A DNA stretch of 64,000 nucleotides from Patescibacteria group bacterium (GCA_028687275.1 JAQUAK010000002.1:6102-70101); one strand, 5' to 3'. Shown: positions 18,574 through 29,415, counted from the stretch's first letter. Translations and numbers: made by a program. Notes: a model not told the origin generated them from the sequence alone.

Positions 18574-20280
18574 TTACATTTCCTCCAAATAACTTATGCC
18601 CAATAAAGAAAATCCATTTTTAAAAACTTGTTGAATGGCGCCTAACAAAGCTAGCCTAGCCGAGACTAGCCCTGGCGCTGCTTTTAATACCGGCACCTCA
18701 TGGTAATAATCATTAAACTGCTGAGCTAATTCAAATAGGTAACGAGAAATGATAGCCGAATCTCTTTGTTCGCCAGCCTTTAGAACACTGTCAACAAATC
18801 TTGCTAAAAAGACGGCTAAACTTATTTCTTTAACGTGATTAAGTAAAGAAAAGTCAATTTTTGTAGATACCTTAGGCTTCTTACGCAAAATACTAGCCAA
18901 GCGTGCGCCGCTATATTGTAAATAAGCGGCTGTATAGCCCTCAAAACGTAAAGCCTCATCTATACTAAAGGTAATTACTTTATCAGCACTCACTTTTAAC
19001 ATTTCAAATTTTAAAGCCGCAACCGCTAGATTATTAGCTGTATTGTTAATCTGTATTTCAGTCCAATCCTCATGACGACTAGCCACTTCTTGTTTCGCTC
19101 GACTATAGGCCTCCTCCCAGATTTGATTATAAGTAATAATGTTACCACTGCGAGAAGACATCATACCGCTTTTTAAAGTAACAAAATCATAGCCGAGATG
19201 AGAAATCTTCGTCTTATCTCCAGCTAATTCGAATATTTTAGCTAATTGTTTAAAATGCAAACTTTGACGAACGTCAATCACATAAATTGATTCCTCAATT
19301 TTATATTTCTCAATTTTTTTTCTAGCCAAAGCTAAATCACCAACCGGGTAGAGGGCGGTTCCGTCCGATCTAATAATTGGCAAGACACCTAAGCCGTATT
19401 CTTCCAAGTCAGCAATAATGGCGCCCTGGCTTTTTCTTAAAATACCTTTTTCTAAAAACTCTTGCACCAATTTTAAACCATCTTCCAACACTTCACTCTC
19501 ATAGAAAATATGCTCAAACTTAATATTAAAATGCTTATAAATTTCATCAAAATAAGCAATACTCCAGGTACGGGTGTCTTGCCATAATTTATAACTCTCC
19601 CCGCCACGACCTTCTATCTCTTTCATAATAAAGGCAACCTCATCTTTTTTATCAGGGAATTCAATTAATTCTTTGTTGGCGTCCCCATAACAGGTCCCTA
19701 ATAAGCGTCCCTGATTACTCTTATTTTTTGCTAATTTTTGATACTCATCTTTATTGTTTCCGTTTTTAAAAGCCCACAAAGTTTTAGCTACATGAATACC
19801 AAAATCATTAATATAGGAGACAGGAATTGCATGATAGCCACAAAAATTTAATATTCGAGTAACCGTATCCCCATAAAAAAGATTGCGAAGATGACCAATG
19901 TGATATTCTTTATGAGTATTAACATTAGAGTATTCCAACATAATTCCTTTTTTCTTCCCGATGGACTGTTTGCCAAAATTAATTCCATCCTTATCAATGT
20001 CTTTAATCATGCCCTCTAATAATTTCTCTGCCTGCAAATAAAAATTTAAATAAGGACCGACTGCTTTAATTTCACGAATATTTTCTTTCAAACTAGAATC
20101 TACATTTAATTCGGTAGATAATTCCTGAGCGAGCTGGACTGGACTAAGTCCACGACTCTTGGCTAAATTAAATAAAGGCAAACTCAACTCTCCCATTTCC
20201 GTTTGGGGAGGATAGACAAAATCAAGAGCTGAAACTCCTAATATTTTACTTAACTGATTTTTTACTTCATCCAAATACAT
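18574..20280 (-). CDS. argS: Arginine--tRNA ligase
   Basis: HIGH variant (NTHKEYHIGHLRN), DALR anticodon-binding region and the typical terminal ...EEM. Confidence 0.92.
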   Translation of the reverse strand: MYLDEVKNQLSKILGVSALDFVYPPQTEMGELSLPLFNLAKSRGLSPVQLAQELSTELNVDSSLKENIREIKAVGPYLNFYLQAEKLLEGMIKDIDKDGINFGKQSIGKKKGIMLEYSNVNTHKEYHIGHLRNLFYGDTVTRILNFCGYHAIPVSYINDFGIHVAKTLWAFKNGNNKDEYQKLAKNKSNQGRLLGTCYGDANKELIEFPDKKDEVAFIMKEIEGRGGESYKLWQDTRTWSIAYFDEIYKHFNIKFEHIFYESEVLEDGLKLVQEFLEKGILRKSQGAIIADLEEYGLGVLPIIRSDGTALYPVGDLALARKKIEKYKIEESIYVIDVRQSLHFKQLAKIFELAGDKTKISHLGYDFVTLKSGMMSSRSGNIITYNQIWEEAYSRAKQEVASRHEDWTEIQINNTANNLAVAALKFEMLKVSADKVITFSIDEALRFEGYTAAYLQYSGARLASILRKKPKVSTKIDFSLLNHVKEISLAVFLARFVDSVLKAGEQRDSAIISRYLFELAQQFNDYYHEVPVLKAAPGLVSARLALLGAIQQVFKNGFSLLGISYLEEM

Positions 20281-20282
20281 AA

Positions 20283-21512
20283 TTATTTAATCAAAATTTT
20301 TACAAACTGACGTTTACCTCTTTGTACAATTAAATTTGTCTCCACTTTAATTCCTGCTTGAGTATCAGTAATAGCAGTTAATCCATTCATTGGACCAACT
20401 TTAACGCCGCCCTGTTCAATGACTCGCTTAGCCTCACCTCGACTAGCACTTAAACCGAGCAACGAAACTAAATCTATTAATTTATATTCCCCTGCCTTCA
20501 TTTCTTTAACTTCAATTTCTTCGGGCACTTCTTTATTCTGTACAGTTTTAATAAAATTTGTCTGAGCAATGTCAGCCCCTTCTTTCCCGTGATTAATAGC
20601 TGTTATTTCCCAAGCTAAACGCATTTTGGCATCACGAGGATTAAGTTCACCTTTAGACAAGCTAAGGTTAATATCTTTTGCTTCTTCCCAGGGCAAGTTA
20701 GTACATAATTCAAAGGCTGAAATTAAGACACCGTCATCCCAAGACATCACCTTGCCATACATATTATTAGCATTTTCATCCAACATCACAATATTTCCCT
20801 CACTTTTACCCATTTTTTTACCCTCATTATCAGTTAATAATTTCATGGTTAATACATTCTTGTCCTTCCCTTTCAAAGCTTTCAATAAGTCACGACCACA
20901 CATCATATTAAACATTTGGTCGTTACCACCAACTTCGACATCAACATCGAGAGCAACACTATCATAGGCTTGAGCTAAAGGATATAAAAATTCATGCAAA
21001 AAGACAGGCCTTTCTTCTGCTAAACGCTTTTGAAACATATCGCGTTGAATCATTTGTTGAACGGTAAAATTAGCAGATAATTCGATTAAGTCCTTAAAAC
21101 TTAATTTATCATGCCATTCATTGTTATAACGCAACTCAGCTGGGTTATCACCTTTAAAACTTAGATAAGCTTGAGCCTGCTGATGAAAATTAGTAGCATT
21201 ATTCATTACTTCCTCACGACTCAATTGTTTACGGGCAGAACTTTTATCACTAGGATCACCAATCATGCCGGTAAAGCCGCCAATTAAAAAAATAACCTTA
21301 TGTCCCAATCTTTGAAACTGAGCTAATTTAGATAAAGCGATGGCGTTGCCAATATGCAATGAAGAGGCACTGGGGTCAAAGCCACAATATACACGTAAAA
21401 CCTCTCCCTTGAGCAGCTTGGCTTCTAATTCTTTTTGACCAGGATATACTTTTTCAACGCCTCTTTCTAAAATTTCGCTAATTAAATTTTTATCAGTCAA
21501 TATTTTTGCCAT
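20283..21512 (-). CDS. tyrS: Tyrosine--tRNA ligase with C-terminal S4 domain
   Basis: HIGN motif (SLHIGNAIAL), KMGKS, and an S4-like C-terminus (SRGEAKRVIEQGGVKV). Confidence 0.93.
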   Translation of the reverse strand: MAKILTDKNLISEILERGVEKVYPGQKELEAKLLKGEVLRVYCGFDPSASSLHIGNAIALSKLAQFQRLGHKVIFLIGGFTGMIGDPSDKSSARKQLSREEVMNNATNFHQQAQAYLSFKGDNPAELRYNNEWHDKLSFKDLIELSANFTVQQMIQRDMFQKRLAEERPVFLHEFLYPLAQAYDSVALDVDVEVGGNDQMFNMMCGRDLLKALKGKDKNVLTMKLLTDNEGKKMGKSEGNIVMLDENANNMYGKVMSWDDGVLISAFELCTNLPWEEAKDINLSLSKGELNPRDAKMRLAWEITAINHGKEGADIAQTNFIKTVQNKEVPEEIEVKEMKAGEYKLIDLVSLLGLSASRGEAKRVIEQGGVKVGPMNGLTAITDTQAGIKVETNLIVQRGKRQFVKILIK

Positions 21513-21628
21513 AAATGCTTGGTAATAATTTATTAAATATGATACAATAATAGCAAACCTAAGTTAATTTTTCAATCTAAAAATTAATATTTTTATATTA
21601 TTATATTAGTTAATTTTAATACAATTTT

Positions 21629-22600
21629 ATGTTCTCTTATCGAATTTTTCTTAAACAAGCCTGGAGCATCACTAAAAAATACCGCCATCTTTGGTTTTTT
21701 GGTATTTTTGCCTCTTTAACAGCTATTGGAGGTGAATATCAACTTATTTCTCAAGGTTTCACCGCTAAGCCAGGTGGCCATTTCCTAGATAACGGCATTT
21801 TTACCCTTTACAACTTTTTTAACCCTACATTCTATAGTAGCTTAGGTCAACTAAGCGCCACCAATCCAGCTGCTTTCTGGTCCCTTATCAGTGTTGTGGT
21901 TTTGGCCATTTTACTAGTTTTAGTTATGGTTTATTTAGCCATAACCTCACAAGTAGCTTTAGTTGAACAAAGCGCTCGCTTAATTCTTAGCAAAAAGAAA
22001 TCTGAAAAACTAAGCATTAATGAAGGCATCAGCTTTGGTCGTCGTCATATTTGGCCAGTTTTAGGATTAAACATCGCTAATAGCTTTATTATTAGCCTCT
22101 GCCTATTTATTACTAGCCTGCCTCTAGCCTTTCTTCTCATTACCGATTCCAGCGCACTTAGCCTCACTTACTCTGTTTTGTTTATTATTTTCGTGCCCGT
22201 AGCCTTAGCCATTGCCTTAATTATGAAATATGCCATTGCTGCCCAGGTGTTAGAAAACTTCAGTTTTATTGCTTCAATCGAAAAAGCTTGGAAAATTTTC
22301 CATAAAAACTGGTTAGTTAGTCTGGAGATGGCATTAATGCTATTTTTAATTAATTTTATAGTTGGCCTATTTACTTTAATTGTCGTCTCCCTATTCTTTG
22401 TCCCCCTACTATTACTATCCTTACAATTATATGCCCCCTTCTTAATGGCACTCAGCTTAATCTTAATTATTGCTAGTATGATTATTGTCGCCTCTATTTT
22501 AAATACTTTCCAAATTTCTGCTTGGACTAGTCTTTATTTACATCTTCAACAAAAAAGAGGAATTAGTAAGTTAGAAAGATTATTTAAGAACAATCAATAA
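21629..22600 (+). CDS. Hypothetical polytopic membrane protein
   Basis: 323-aa ORF with about 6 predicted TM helices. No family recognised. Confidence 0.5.
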   Translation: MFSYRIFLKQAWSITKKYRHLWFFGIFASLTAIGGEYQLISQGFTAKPGGHFLDNGIFTLYNFFNPTFYSSLGQLSATNPAAFWSLISVVVLAILLVLVMVYLAITSQVALVEQSARLILSKKKSEKLSINEGISFGRRHIWPVLGLNIANSFIISLCLFITSLPLAFLLITDSSALSLTYSVLFIIFVPVALAIALIMKYAIAAQVLENFSFIASIEKAWKIFHKNWLVSLEMALMLFLINFIVGLFTLIVVSLFFVPLLLLSLQLYAPFLMALSLILIIASMIIVASILNTFQISAWTSLYLHLQQKRGISKLERLFKNNQ

Positions 22601-22674
22601 TTTAAAGTACTTTTAAGCCGTGGCTCAAGCTGCTTCTTAGCGGTCTTATGACCACGGCTATTAAATAGTTTACT

Positions 22675-25600
22675 ATGAGTGATGTTGCCTCAATTGAAAA
22701 TTTAATCGATCCAAAAAACAGCACTGATGAAGATAGTGTTCAAGGTAAGTTTGCTATCAAGCAACAAGAGATAAAATTAAAAGAGATTGAAAAACAAACT
22801 GAAAAAAATGCTAACGCGATTGGATTGCCTTATGTTAATTTATTTTCCTTCCCTATCAGCTCGGAAGCCTTAGTGCTTATTCCGGAAGTTTTATGTATAG
22901 AATTAAAAATGGTTTGCTTTTTCTATGATGGTAAAAACATTCGTGTAGCTTGTTTAGAGCCAACCCAAGAAATAGTTGATGAGATTGAACGTTTAAACGA
23001 AAAATATTTTACCGATACAAAATTATACTTAATTTCAAAAAATAGCTTTAATCAAGCGATGGAGGCCTACAAAGCTATTCCTAAGGTAAAAAAATATGAA
23101 TCTGGTGTAGAAATAAGTGCAGAAAGCTTAGAAAAATTTAAACAAGATATCTCCAGTTATAAATCTCTAAATGATAAGATTAATGAAGTTAATGTTAGTG
23201 ATATTGTTACCTTAATTCTGGCAACAGCCTTAAAAGTTAACTCCAGTGATGTTCATATTGAGGCTGAGGAGCATGGCGTAGCCGTTCGCTTTCGTATTGA
23301 CGGAGTTTTACAAGATGCAGCCATGATTGATCGAGATAAGTGGCGTAAAATTATTACGCGCATGAAAATTCTGGCTAAAGTAAAAATCAACATCACTAAC
23401 AAACCACAAGATGGTCGCTATACTATTCATCTAAGTGAAGGTAAAATTGATGTGCGCTCCTCTTTCCTGCCCACCTCCTTCGGGGAGAGTGTAGTAATGC
23501 GTTTACTAGACTCAAAAGCAGCTTCCTTAGAATTTACTAAGTTAGGTATTAGGCCAGAAATATTAGACAAATTAAATCGAGAAATAGAAAAACCAAACGG
23601 TTTAATTTTAACTACTGGCCCAACTGGTTCCGGTAAAACAACCAGCCTATACGCTATTTTAAATAAACTTAACCAACCTGGCACTAAAATTGTCACTCTT
23701 GAAGACCCAATTGAATATCAACTAGAAGGCATCAACCAAAGTCAAATTGACACTAAAAAAGGCTATACTTTTTCTGATGGATTACGCTCCATTCTAAGAC
23801 AGGACCCCAACATTATCATGGTTGGTGAAATCAGAGATTTAGAAACAGCCGAAATTGCCATTCAGGCTTCATTAACTGGACACTTAGTTTTATCTACCCT
23901 ACATACTAATGATGCGGCTGGGGTTATTCCTCGTCTAATTGATATTGGCGTAAAGCCATATTTTTTAGTGCCCTCAATTAATGCCGTTATTGGTCAGCGT
24001 CTGGTAAGAAAACTTTGCTCAAATTGTCGCCAGGAACACATTTTAAGTGGCGAAGAGGAGGAGCAAGTACAAAGAATTCTAGCGGTTATTTCACCTAAAG
24101 CTAATATTAATATTCCCTCAAAAATACCGACTATTTATCAAGCCTCAGCCAAAGGCTGCGAAGAATGTAATTTTATTGGCTATAAAGGACGTCTGGGTAT
24201 TTATGAAATATTCACCATGGATGACAATCTAAAACAGTTAACTATTGACAAGGCGCCGGCATTTAAAATACTACAACAAGCTATTGAAAACGGGATGATT
24301 ACCATGCTTCAAGATGGCGTTCTAAAGTGCTTAGACGGCATAACCTCTTTAGATGAAGTCTATCGCGTAGTTGGCAACTTCGATTATGTTGATGAACTGT
24401 ATGATATTGTTATATCTCAAACCCTGGGTAGAGGCGTTAAAATAAAACAGGAAGAGCTTGAGCGCGCTCAAGCTTTAACTAAAAATGTAGCTCAAACAAT
24501 TAATCTAAGTGAAGTCCCTTCTAAGGAGGTTATTAAATTAATTATGGCAATGGCGGCCGATAGTCAAGCTGGCGATATTCATATTGAGCCAACAGAAAAT
24601 AGTGTGAAGGTGCGCTTTAGAATTGATGGGGTTATGCATGATATTTTAGAGCTACCCAAAACTAGTTATTTACCTATTTTATCAGAAGTAAAAATATTAG
24701 CCGGCTTTGCCACTAATGTTAAGAGGGCTACTTTAGACGGACGTTTTTCAATTTATTTGCCAGAACATAAGATTGATTGCAGATTATCTATCATTTCTGG
24801 CGGCTATGGTGAAACTATTGTTGTTCGCTTACTATCAACCTCGGCTGCAGATCTAGATTTAGAGACTTTAGGTATCACTTCTGTGGCTAAAAAAGATTTA
24901 GATTTAGCCATAACTAAAACGAAAGGTATTATTATAACAACAGGTCCAACTGGTTCAGGAAAAACAACCACTCTCTATGGAATTTTGAATAAACTGAATA
25001 AACCAGATGTAAAAATTATTACTGTTGAGGATCCAATCGAATATCAGCTTTCTGGCGTAATGCAAACCCAAATAGACACAGAACATGGCTATACTTTTGC
25101 CGCTGCCATGCGTTCACTGTTACGTCAAAATCCAAACATCATGATGATTGGTGAAATTAGAGATGAAGAAACCGCTAAAATCGCTATTGAAGCAGCAATG
25201 ACTGGACATTTAGTTCTATCGACTATCCACGCTAATAGTGCAGCTGGGGCTATCTCTCGTTTTTCTGGGCTGGGAGTAGAGAAATCATCATTAGCTAACT
25301 CAATTGAATTTTCTATTGGTCAACGCTTAGCTCGTCGCATCTGTTCTCATTGTAAAATAGTTGACCCATCAACCCCAGAAAAACTCAAAAAAGCTCAAGA
25401 AATTTTAGATAGTATTAAAAACAGTGAGATAATTATTCCAAAAGAATTACATTTTTTCAAAGGGGCCGGCTGTGAAGAGTGTAAACATCTGGGCTATAAA
25501 GGTAGAGTTGGCTTATATGAAACCATCGCCGTCACTCCAACTATAAAAAGATTAATCCAAAGCGGTGAAACAACTGATTATGATATTGAACAAGAAGCAA

Positions 25601-25692
25601 TTAAAGAGGGTACAGTTACCATCGCCCAGGATGGAGTTCTTAAAGCTTTAGCAGGAGAAACCAGCCTTGACGAAGTCTTTCGAGTTATTTAA
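22675..25692 (+). CDS. Tandem-duplicated GspE/PilB-type secretion ATPase (two complete ATPase cores in one polypeptide)
   Basis: An N-terminal GSPII_E_N-like domain is followed by two full cores. Each has an N2 start (DVHIEAEE / DIHIEPTE...VRFRIDG), Walker A (GPTGSGKTT twice), an Asp box, Walker B (MVGEIRD / MIGEIRD), a His box (TGHLVLST twice) and a tetra-Cys motif. Confidence 0.88.
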   Translation: MSDVASIENLIDPKNSTDEDSVQGKFAIKQQEIKLKEIEKQTEKNANAIGLPYVNLFSFPISSEALVLIPEVLCIELKMVCFFYDGKNIRVACLEPTQEIVDEIERLNEKYFTDTKLYLISKNSFNQAMEAYKAIPKVKKYESGVEISAESLEKFKQDISSYKSLNDKINEVNVSDIVTLILATALKVNSSDVHIEAEEHGVAVRFRIDGVLQDAAMIDRDKWRKIITRMKILAKVKINITNKPQDGRYTIHLSEGKIDVRSSFLPTSFGESVVMRLLDSKAASLEFTKLGIRPEILDKLNREIEKPNGLILTTGPTGSGKTTSLYAILNKLNQPGTKIVTLEDPIEYQLEGINQSQIDTKKGYTFSDGLRSILRQDPNIIMVGEIRDLETAEIAIQASLTGHLVLSTLHTNDAAGVIPRLIDIGVKPYFLVPSINAVIGQRLVRKLCSNCRQEHILSGEEEEQVQRILAVISPKANINIPSKIPTIYQASAKGCEECNFIGYKGRLGIYEIFTMDDNLKQLTIDKAPAFKILQQAIENGMITMLQDGVLKCLDGITSLDEVYRVVGNFDYVDELYDIVISQTLGRGVKIKQEELERAQALTKNVAQTINLSEVPSKEVIKLIMAMAADSQAGDIHIEPTENSVKVRFRIDGVMHDILELPKTSYLPILSEVKILAGFATNVKRATLDGRFSIYLPEHKIDCRLSIISGGYGETIVVRLLSTSAADLDLETLGITSVAKKDLDLAITKTKGIIITTGPTGSGKTTTLYGILNKLNKPDVKIITVEDPIEYQLSGVMQTQIDTEHGYTFAAAMRSLLRQNPNIMMIGEIRDEETAKIAIEAAMTGHLVLSTIHANSAAGAISRFSGLGVEKSSLANSIEFSIGQRLARRICSHCKIVDPSTPEKLKKAQEILDSIKNSEIIIPKELHFFKGAGCEECKHLGYKGRVGLYETIAVTPTIKRLIQSGETTDYDIEQEAIKEGTVTIAQDGVLKALAGETSLDEVFRVI

Positions 25693-25717
25693 ATAAATTA
25701 ATAATTAAACATATAAT

Positions 25718-26293
25718 ATGATTAATAAAGTTTTAGTCGATAAATTAAAAAAAAGTTATAGCGAAAGAGAAAAAGAGAGAAGACAGATTATTAGTCGATC
25801 CAATGATGTTTTATTTCAGGCTAAAAAAACAATTTTTTCCTTGCAGCGCGAAGAGTTAAAAGATGGTGAAGCAAAACTAAAAGCAATGGAAGAGTCTTTA
25901 AAGAAAATGGAAAAAGATTTTGGCTATACTCGTTTACGTGAAGAAGGAGCTTATCACGCTGCGGCTGAAGAATATGTAGAAGCAAAAACCTTTGCGGCTG
26001 TTATTTCTGGCAAATCAATTAGTGACATTAAAGGCTTTAAATTAGGCTATGACAGCTACCTAGGCGGCTTTTGTGACCTGATTGGTGAAATGGTTCGTTA
26101 CGCCACTAATCGCGCCGCTAAAGGCAAATATGAAAGTGTGGCTGAAATGAAAGAGAAGGGAGAGGAAATAATGAGCAGTTTATTAGATTTTGATCTAACT
26201 GGCTATCTACGCACTAAGTACGATCAGGCAAGAGGACATCTACGCAAACTAGAACAAATGGCTTACGAAATTAGATTACGCAAAGATAAATAG
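25718..26293 (+). CDS. Translin-family protein
   Basis: The C-terminal half aligns by eye with translin. YDSYLGGFCDLIGEMVRYATNRAAKGKY corresponds to human DVEDYLSGVLILASELSRLSVNSVTAGDY, and LRTKYDQARGHLRKLEQMAYEI corresponds to LRKRYDGLKYDVKKVEEVVYDL. Confidence 0.65.
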   Translation: MINKVLVDKLKKSYSEREKERRQIISRSNDVLFQAKKTIFSLQREELKDGEAKLKAMEESLKKMEKDFGYTRLREEGAYHAAAEEYVEAKTFAAVISGKSISDIKGFKLGYDSYLGGFCDLIGEMVRYATNRAAKGKYESVAEMKEKGEEIMSSLLDFDLTGYLRTKYDQARGHLRKLEQMAYEIRLRKDK

Positions 26294-26298
26294 ACTTT

Positions 26299-26799
26299 AT
26301 GCTAATTGCAATCGCCTCTGATTTGCATGATAATCTTGCTAATTGGAAAATCTTCAATGAATATTTAAAAAAGCAGGGTATCACTACTCTGCTTTTCTGC
26401 GGTGACTTATGTGCTAATGAATCATTACGAGTGATGAGACAAGATTTTGAAGGTAAGATATTTTTTATCTCAGGTAATGCTGAGCTATATAATTCCAGTG
26501 AGGCTGAAAATATTAAAAATACTAAATTTTTTGGTCATTATGGAAAATTAGAAATAGATAAATTAAAAATTGGATTAATCCACGAGCCTCATCATAAAAC
26601 GCAATTAATAAAAAAGATCGACTCTTTTGATTTCATCTTTTACGGACATACTCATAAACCCTGGATAGAGCAAGAGGGTCAAACTTTAATTGTAAACCCT
26701 GGTACCATAGGCGGTGTCTATTACCGAGCTAGCTTTGCCCTCCTAGACACGAAAACTAAAAAAATAGAATTAAAAATATTAGATCAGATAAACTTATAA
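26299..26799 (+). CDS. Metallophosphoesterase, YfcE/MJ0936-like
   Basis: Motifs IAIASDLHDN, CGDL, GNAE and GHTHKPW. Confidence 0.8.
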   Translation: MLIAIASDLHDNLANWKIFNEYLKKQGITTLLFCGDLCANESLRVMRQDFEGKIFFISGNAELYNSSEAENIKNTKFFGHYGKLEIDKLKIGLIHEPHHKTQLIKKIDSFDFIFYGHTHKPWIEQEGQTLIVNPGTIGGVYYRASFALLDTKTKKIELKILDQINL

Positions 26800-26801
26800 A
26801 A

Positions 26802-26830
26802 AATCCCCTCAGCTAACAGAGGGGATTTTT
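26802..26830. terminator. Bidirectional terminator (phosphoesterase gene / uvrA)
   Basis: aatcccctc-agctaaca-gaggggatt flanked by A- and T-runs. Confidence 0.7.
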
Positions 26831-26842
26831 ATTATCCAATAA

Positions 26843-29311
26843 TCATTTATATATTTCTTTTAAATATTTTCCCGTTATACTCTGTTTAGATTTAATTATA
26901 TCTAGAGGTGTTCCCTGCGCCATAATCTGACCGCCCTTATTACCACCATCAAGCCCCATATCAATTACCCAATCAACTGATTTGATTACATCTAAATTAT
27001 GTTCGATAATTAGAACTGTATTTCCCTGGTCAACCAAAAGATTTAAAACTTTAAGCAAGCGGTCAATATCAGCAAAATGCAAACCAGTAGTTGGTTCATC
27101 TAAAATATAGAGTGTGCGACCAGTGGCTCGTCGTGACAATTCTGTAGCTAGTTTAATACGCTGAGCTTCTCCGCCAGAGAAAGTAGTGGCTGATTGTCCT
27201 AAATGAATATAACCAAGCCCCACCTTCTCTAAAGTTAAAAGTTTTTGATGTATGGCTGATTTATTTCTGAAAAATTCTAAAGCCTCACTAACCGTCAAAT
27301 TTAGAACGTCAAAAATATTTTTATCTTTATACCTAATATCAAGAATCTTCTGCTGAAATCTTTGCCCATGACAAGCCTCACAAGTTAAATAAACATCATT
27401 TAAAAACTGCATCTCTACTTTAATAGCCCCATCACCAGAACAGCGCTCACAACGACCACCAGAAACGTTAAAAGAAAAGTGGCCCGGCGTTAAACGTTTT
27501 AATTTAGATTCTGGCAATTCGGCAAATAAATCACGAATATAGGTATAAAGACCAGTATATGTAGCCGGGTTAGAGCGAGGAGTACGACCAATTGGAGACT
27601 GATTAATATCAATTACCTTATCGATATTATCAAGCCCTTTTATTTCTTTATGGGCCCCGACTTCAACTTTAGCGCGATAAAATTTACGGCTCAAAGCATT
27701 AGCTAAAATATCTGACATTAAAGTTGATTTGCCTGACCCAGAAACACCCGTGATGGCCACTAACTTTCCCAGAGGAATGTGAACATCAATATTTTTTAAA
27801 TTATGTTCAGTGGCACCAATTACAGATATTGTCTTGCCATTACCCTCCCGAAAAAATTTCTTGTCCTGAATTGTTTTCTCACCCGATAAATAAGCACCTG
27901 TAATTGATTTCTGACATTGGTAAATTTCTTCCGGCTTACCAGCAAATAAAATATTCCCTCCATGCTCGCCCGCCCCAGGGCCAACATCCACTAAATAATC
28001 AGCTGCACGCATCATAGCGGCATCATGTTCGACCACAATGACAGTGTTACCGTTATCACGCAAGCTTTTCAACATAGAAATAAGCTTGTCATTATCACGC
28101 TGATGTAAACCAACTGAAGGCTCATCTAAAACATACAAAACACCACTAAGAGTAGAACCCACTTGAGCAGCTAAACGAATACGCTGAGCCTCACCGCCAG
28201 ATAAACTAGAGGCCGGACGATTTAAAGTTAAGTAAGATAAGCCCACTTTTTCCAAAAATTCTAAATTTTTAATTACTTCTTTCAAAATTGGTCTAATAAT
28301 ATTAGTATTTATCCCCCAACTATCTTTCTCTAACCAAGAGGCTAATAAGATTCTTAAAGAGTCAACTGTTTTTTCGCTAAGTTCGAATATGTTTAAGCCT
28401 TTAATTTTAACTGCCAAATACTCTGCTTTTAAACGAGCCCCTGCGCATGATGGGCAAGTCGCTAAACGCATACATTTTTCAATTTCCTGTTTTACAAAAT
28501 TTGATTTTGTTTCTTCATGCCTGGTCAACAGTTCGGCATTTAATCCGGCCCATTTTTTATCTCCATTTAATATAGCCGCCCGCTGCCCAGCTGTTAAAGT
28601 TTGCAAAGATTGATCCATGCTAAAATTATAACGATCGCCCAACTCTTTCAAATGTATAAACAGGGAGCCACCTGGACTTAAATTAGCATGAGATAAAGGT
28701 TTAATTGCGCCTTGTAAAATACTTAATTTCAGATTAAAAACTAATTCTGGATTAATTTCTGTACGAGTGCCCAAGCCTCCACAATAAGCACAAGCACCGT
28801 AATTTGAATTAAAAGAAAAATGACGTGGCTCTATTTCTGCTAAAGCATAGCTACAATTAGTGCAAGTATAAAGATTATGAGAATTTTCCTTCTTTTTGTC
28901 CTTACTGTTTCTAGCCGCCTTCTTTAAACGTGTATTACAATGAGGGCAATAAGGCCAAGCTACGCGAGCATACAATAAACGTAAATAATCATATATTTCG
29001 GTAATTGTGCCCACGGTTGAACGAGGATTATTGCCAACAGTCCTTTGATCAATGGCTATGGCTGGCGATAAACCTTCAATTAAATCAAAATCTGGCTTAT
29101 CCATCAATCCAACAAATTGCCGAGCATAGGCTGATAATGATTCGACGTAGCGACGTTGGCCTTCGGCATAAATTGTGTCAAAGGCTAAAGAAGATTTGCC
29201 AGACCCAGATAAACCAGTAATAACAATCAATTGATTGCGCGGTAAATCTAAGCTAATATTTTTTAAATTGTGAGTACGAGCACCACTAATCTTAATCTTA
29301 TTTTGAATCAT
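26843..29311 (-). CDS. uvrA: Excinuclease ABC subunit A, short form lacking the UvrB-binding domain
   Basis: Two ABC modules ([26 protein letters not shown] twice) and Zn modules. Only ~25 aa lie between [11 protein letters not shown] and [19 protein letters not shown], where canonical UvrA has ~130 aa. Confidence 0.88.
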   Translation of the reverse strand: MIQNKIKISGARTHNLKNISLDLPRNQLIVITGLSGSGKSSLAFDTIYAEGQRRYVESLSAYARQFVGLMDKPDFDLIEGLSPAIAIDQRTVGNNPRSTVGTITEIYDYLRLLYARVAWPYCPHCNTRLKKAARNSKDKKKENSHNLYTCTNCSYALAEIEPRHFSFNSNYGACAYCGGLGTRTEINPELVFNLKLSILQGAIKPLSHANLSPGGSLFIHLKELGDRYNFSMDQSLQTLTAGQRAAILNGDKKWAGLNAELLTRHEETKSNFVKQEIEKCMRLATCPSCAGARLKAEYLAVKIKGLNIFELSEKTVDSLRILLASWLEKDSWGINTNIIRPILKEVIKNLEFLEKVGLSYLTLNRPASSLSGGEAQRIRLAAQVGSTLSGVLYVLDEPSVGLHQRDNDKLISMLKSLRDNGNTVIVVEHDAAMMRAADYLVDVGPGAGEHGGNILFAGKPEEIYQCQKSITGAYLSGEKTIQDKKFFREGNGKTISVIGATEHNLKNIDVHIPLGKLVAITGVSGSGKSTLMSDILANALSRKFYRAKVEVGAHKEIKGLDNIDKVIDINQSPIGRTPRSNPATYTGLYTYIRDLFAELPESKLKRLTPGHFSFNVSGGRCERCSGDGAIKVEMQFLNDVYLTCEACHGQRFQQKILDIRYKDKNIFDVLNLTVSEALEFFRNKSAIHQKLLTLEKVGLGYIHLGQSATTFSGGEAQRIKLATELSRRATGRTLYILDEPTTGLHFADIDRLLKVLNLLVDQGNTVLIIEHNLDVIKSVDWVIDMGLDGGNKGGQIMAQGTPLDIIKSKQSITGKYLKEIYK

Positions 29312-29415
29312 GGGGGAAGAAGTTAATAATTTTTGAATAGAGTATATTATACCTATTTATTAACAAAAAAACAAGGAGGCAGCCAGCACCTTGTTTGTCT
29401 AATATTTTATTAAGT

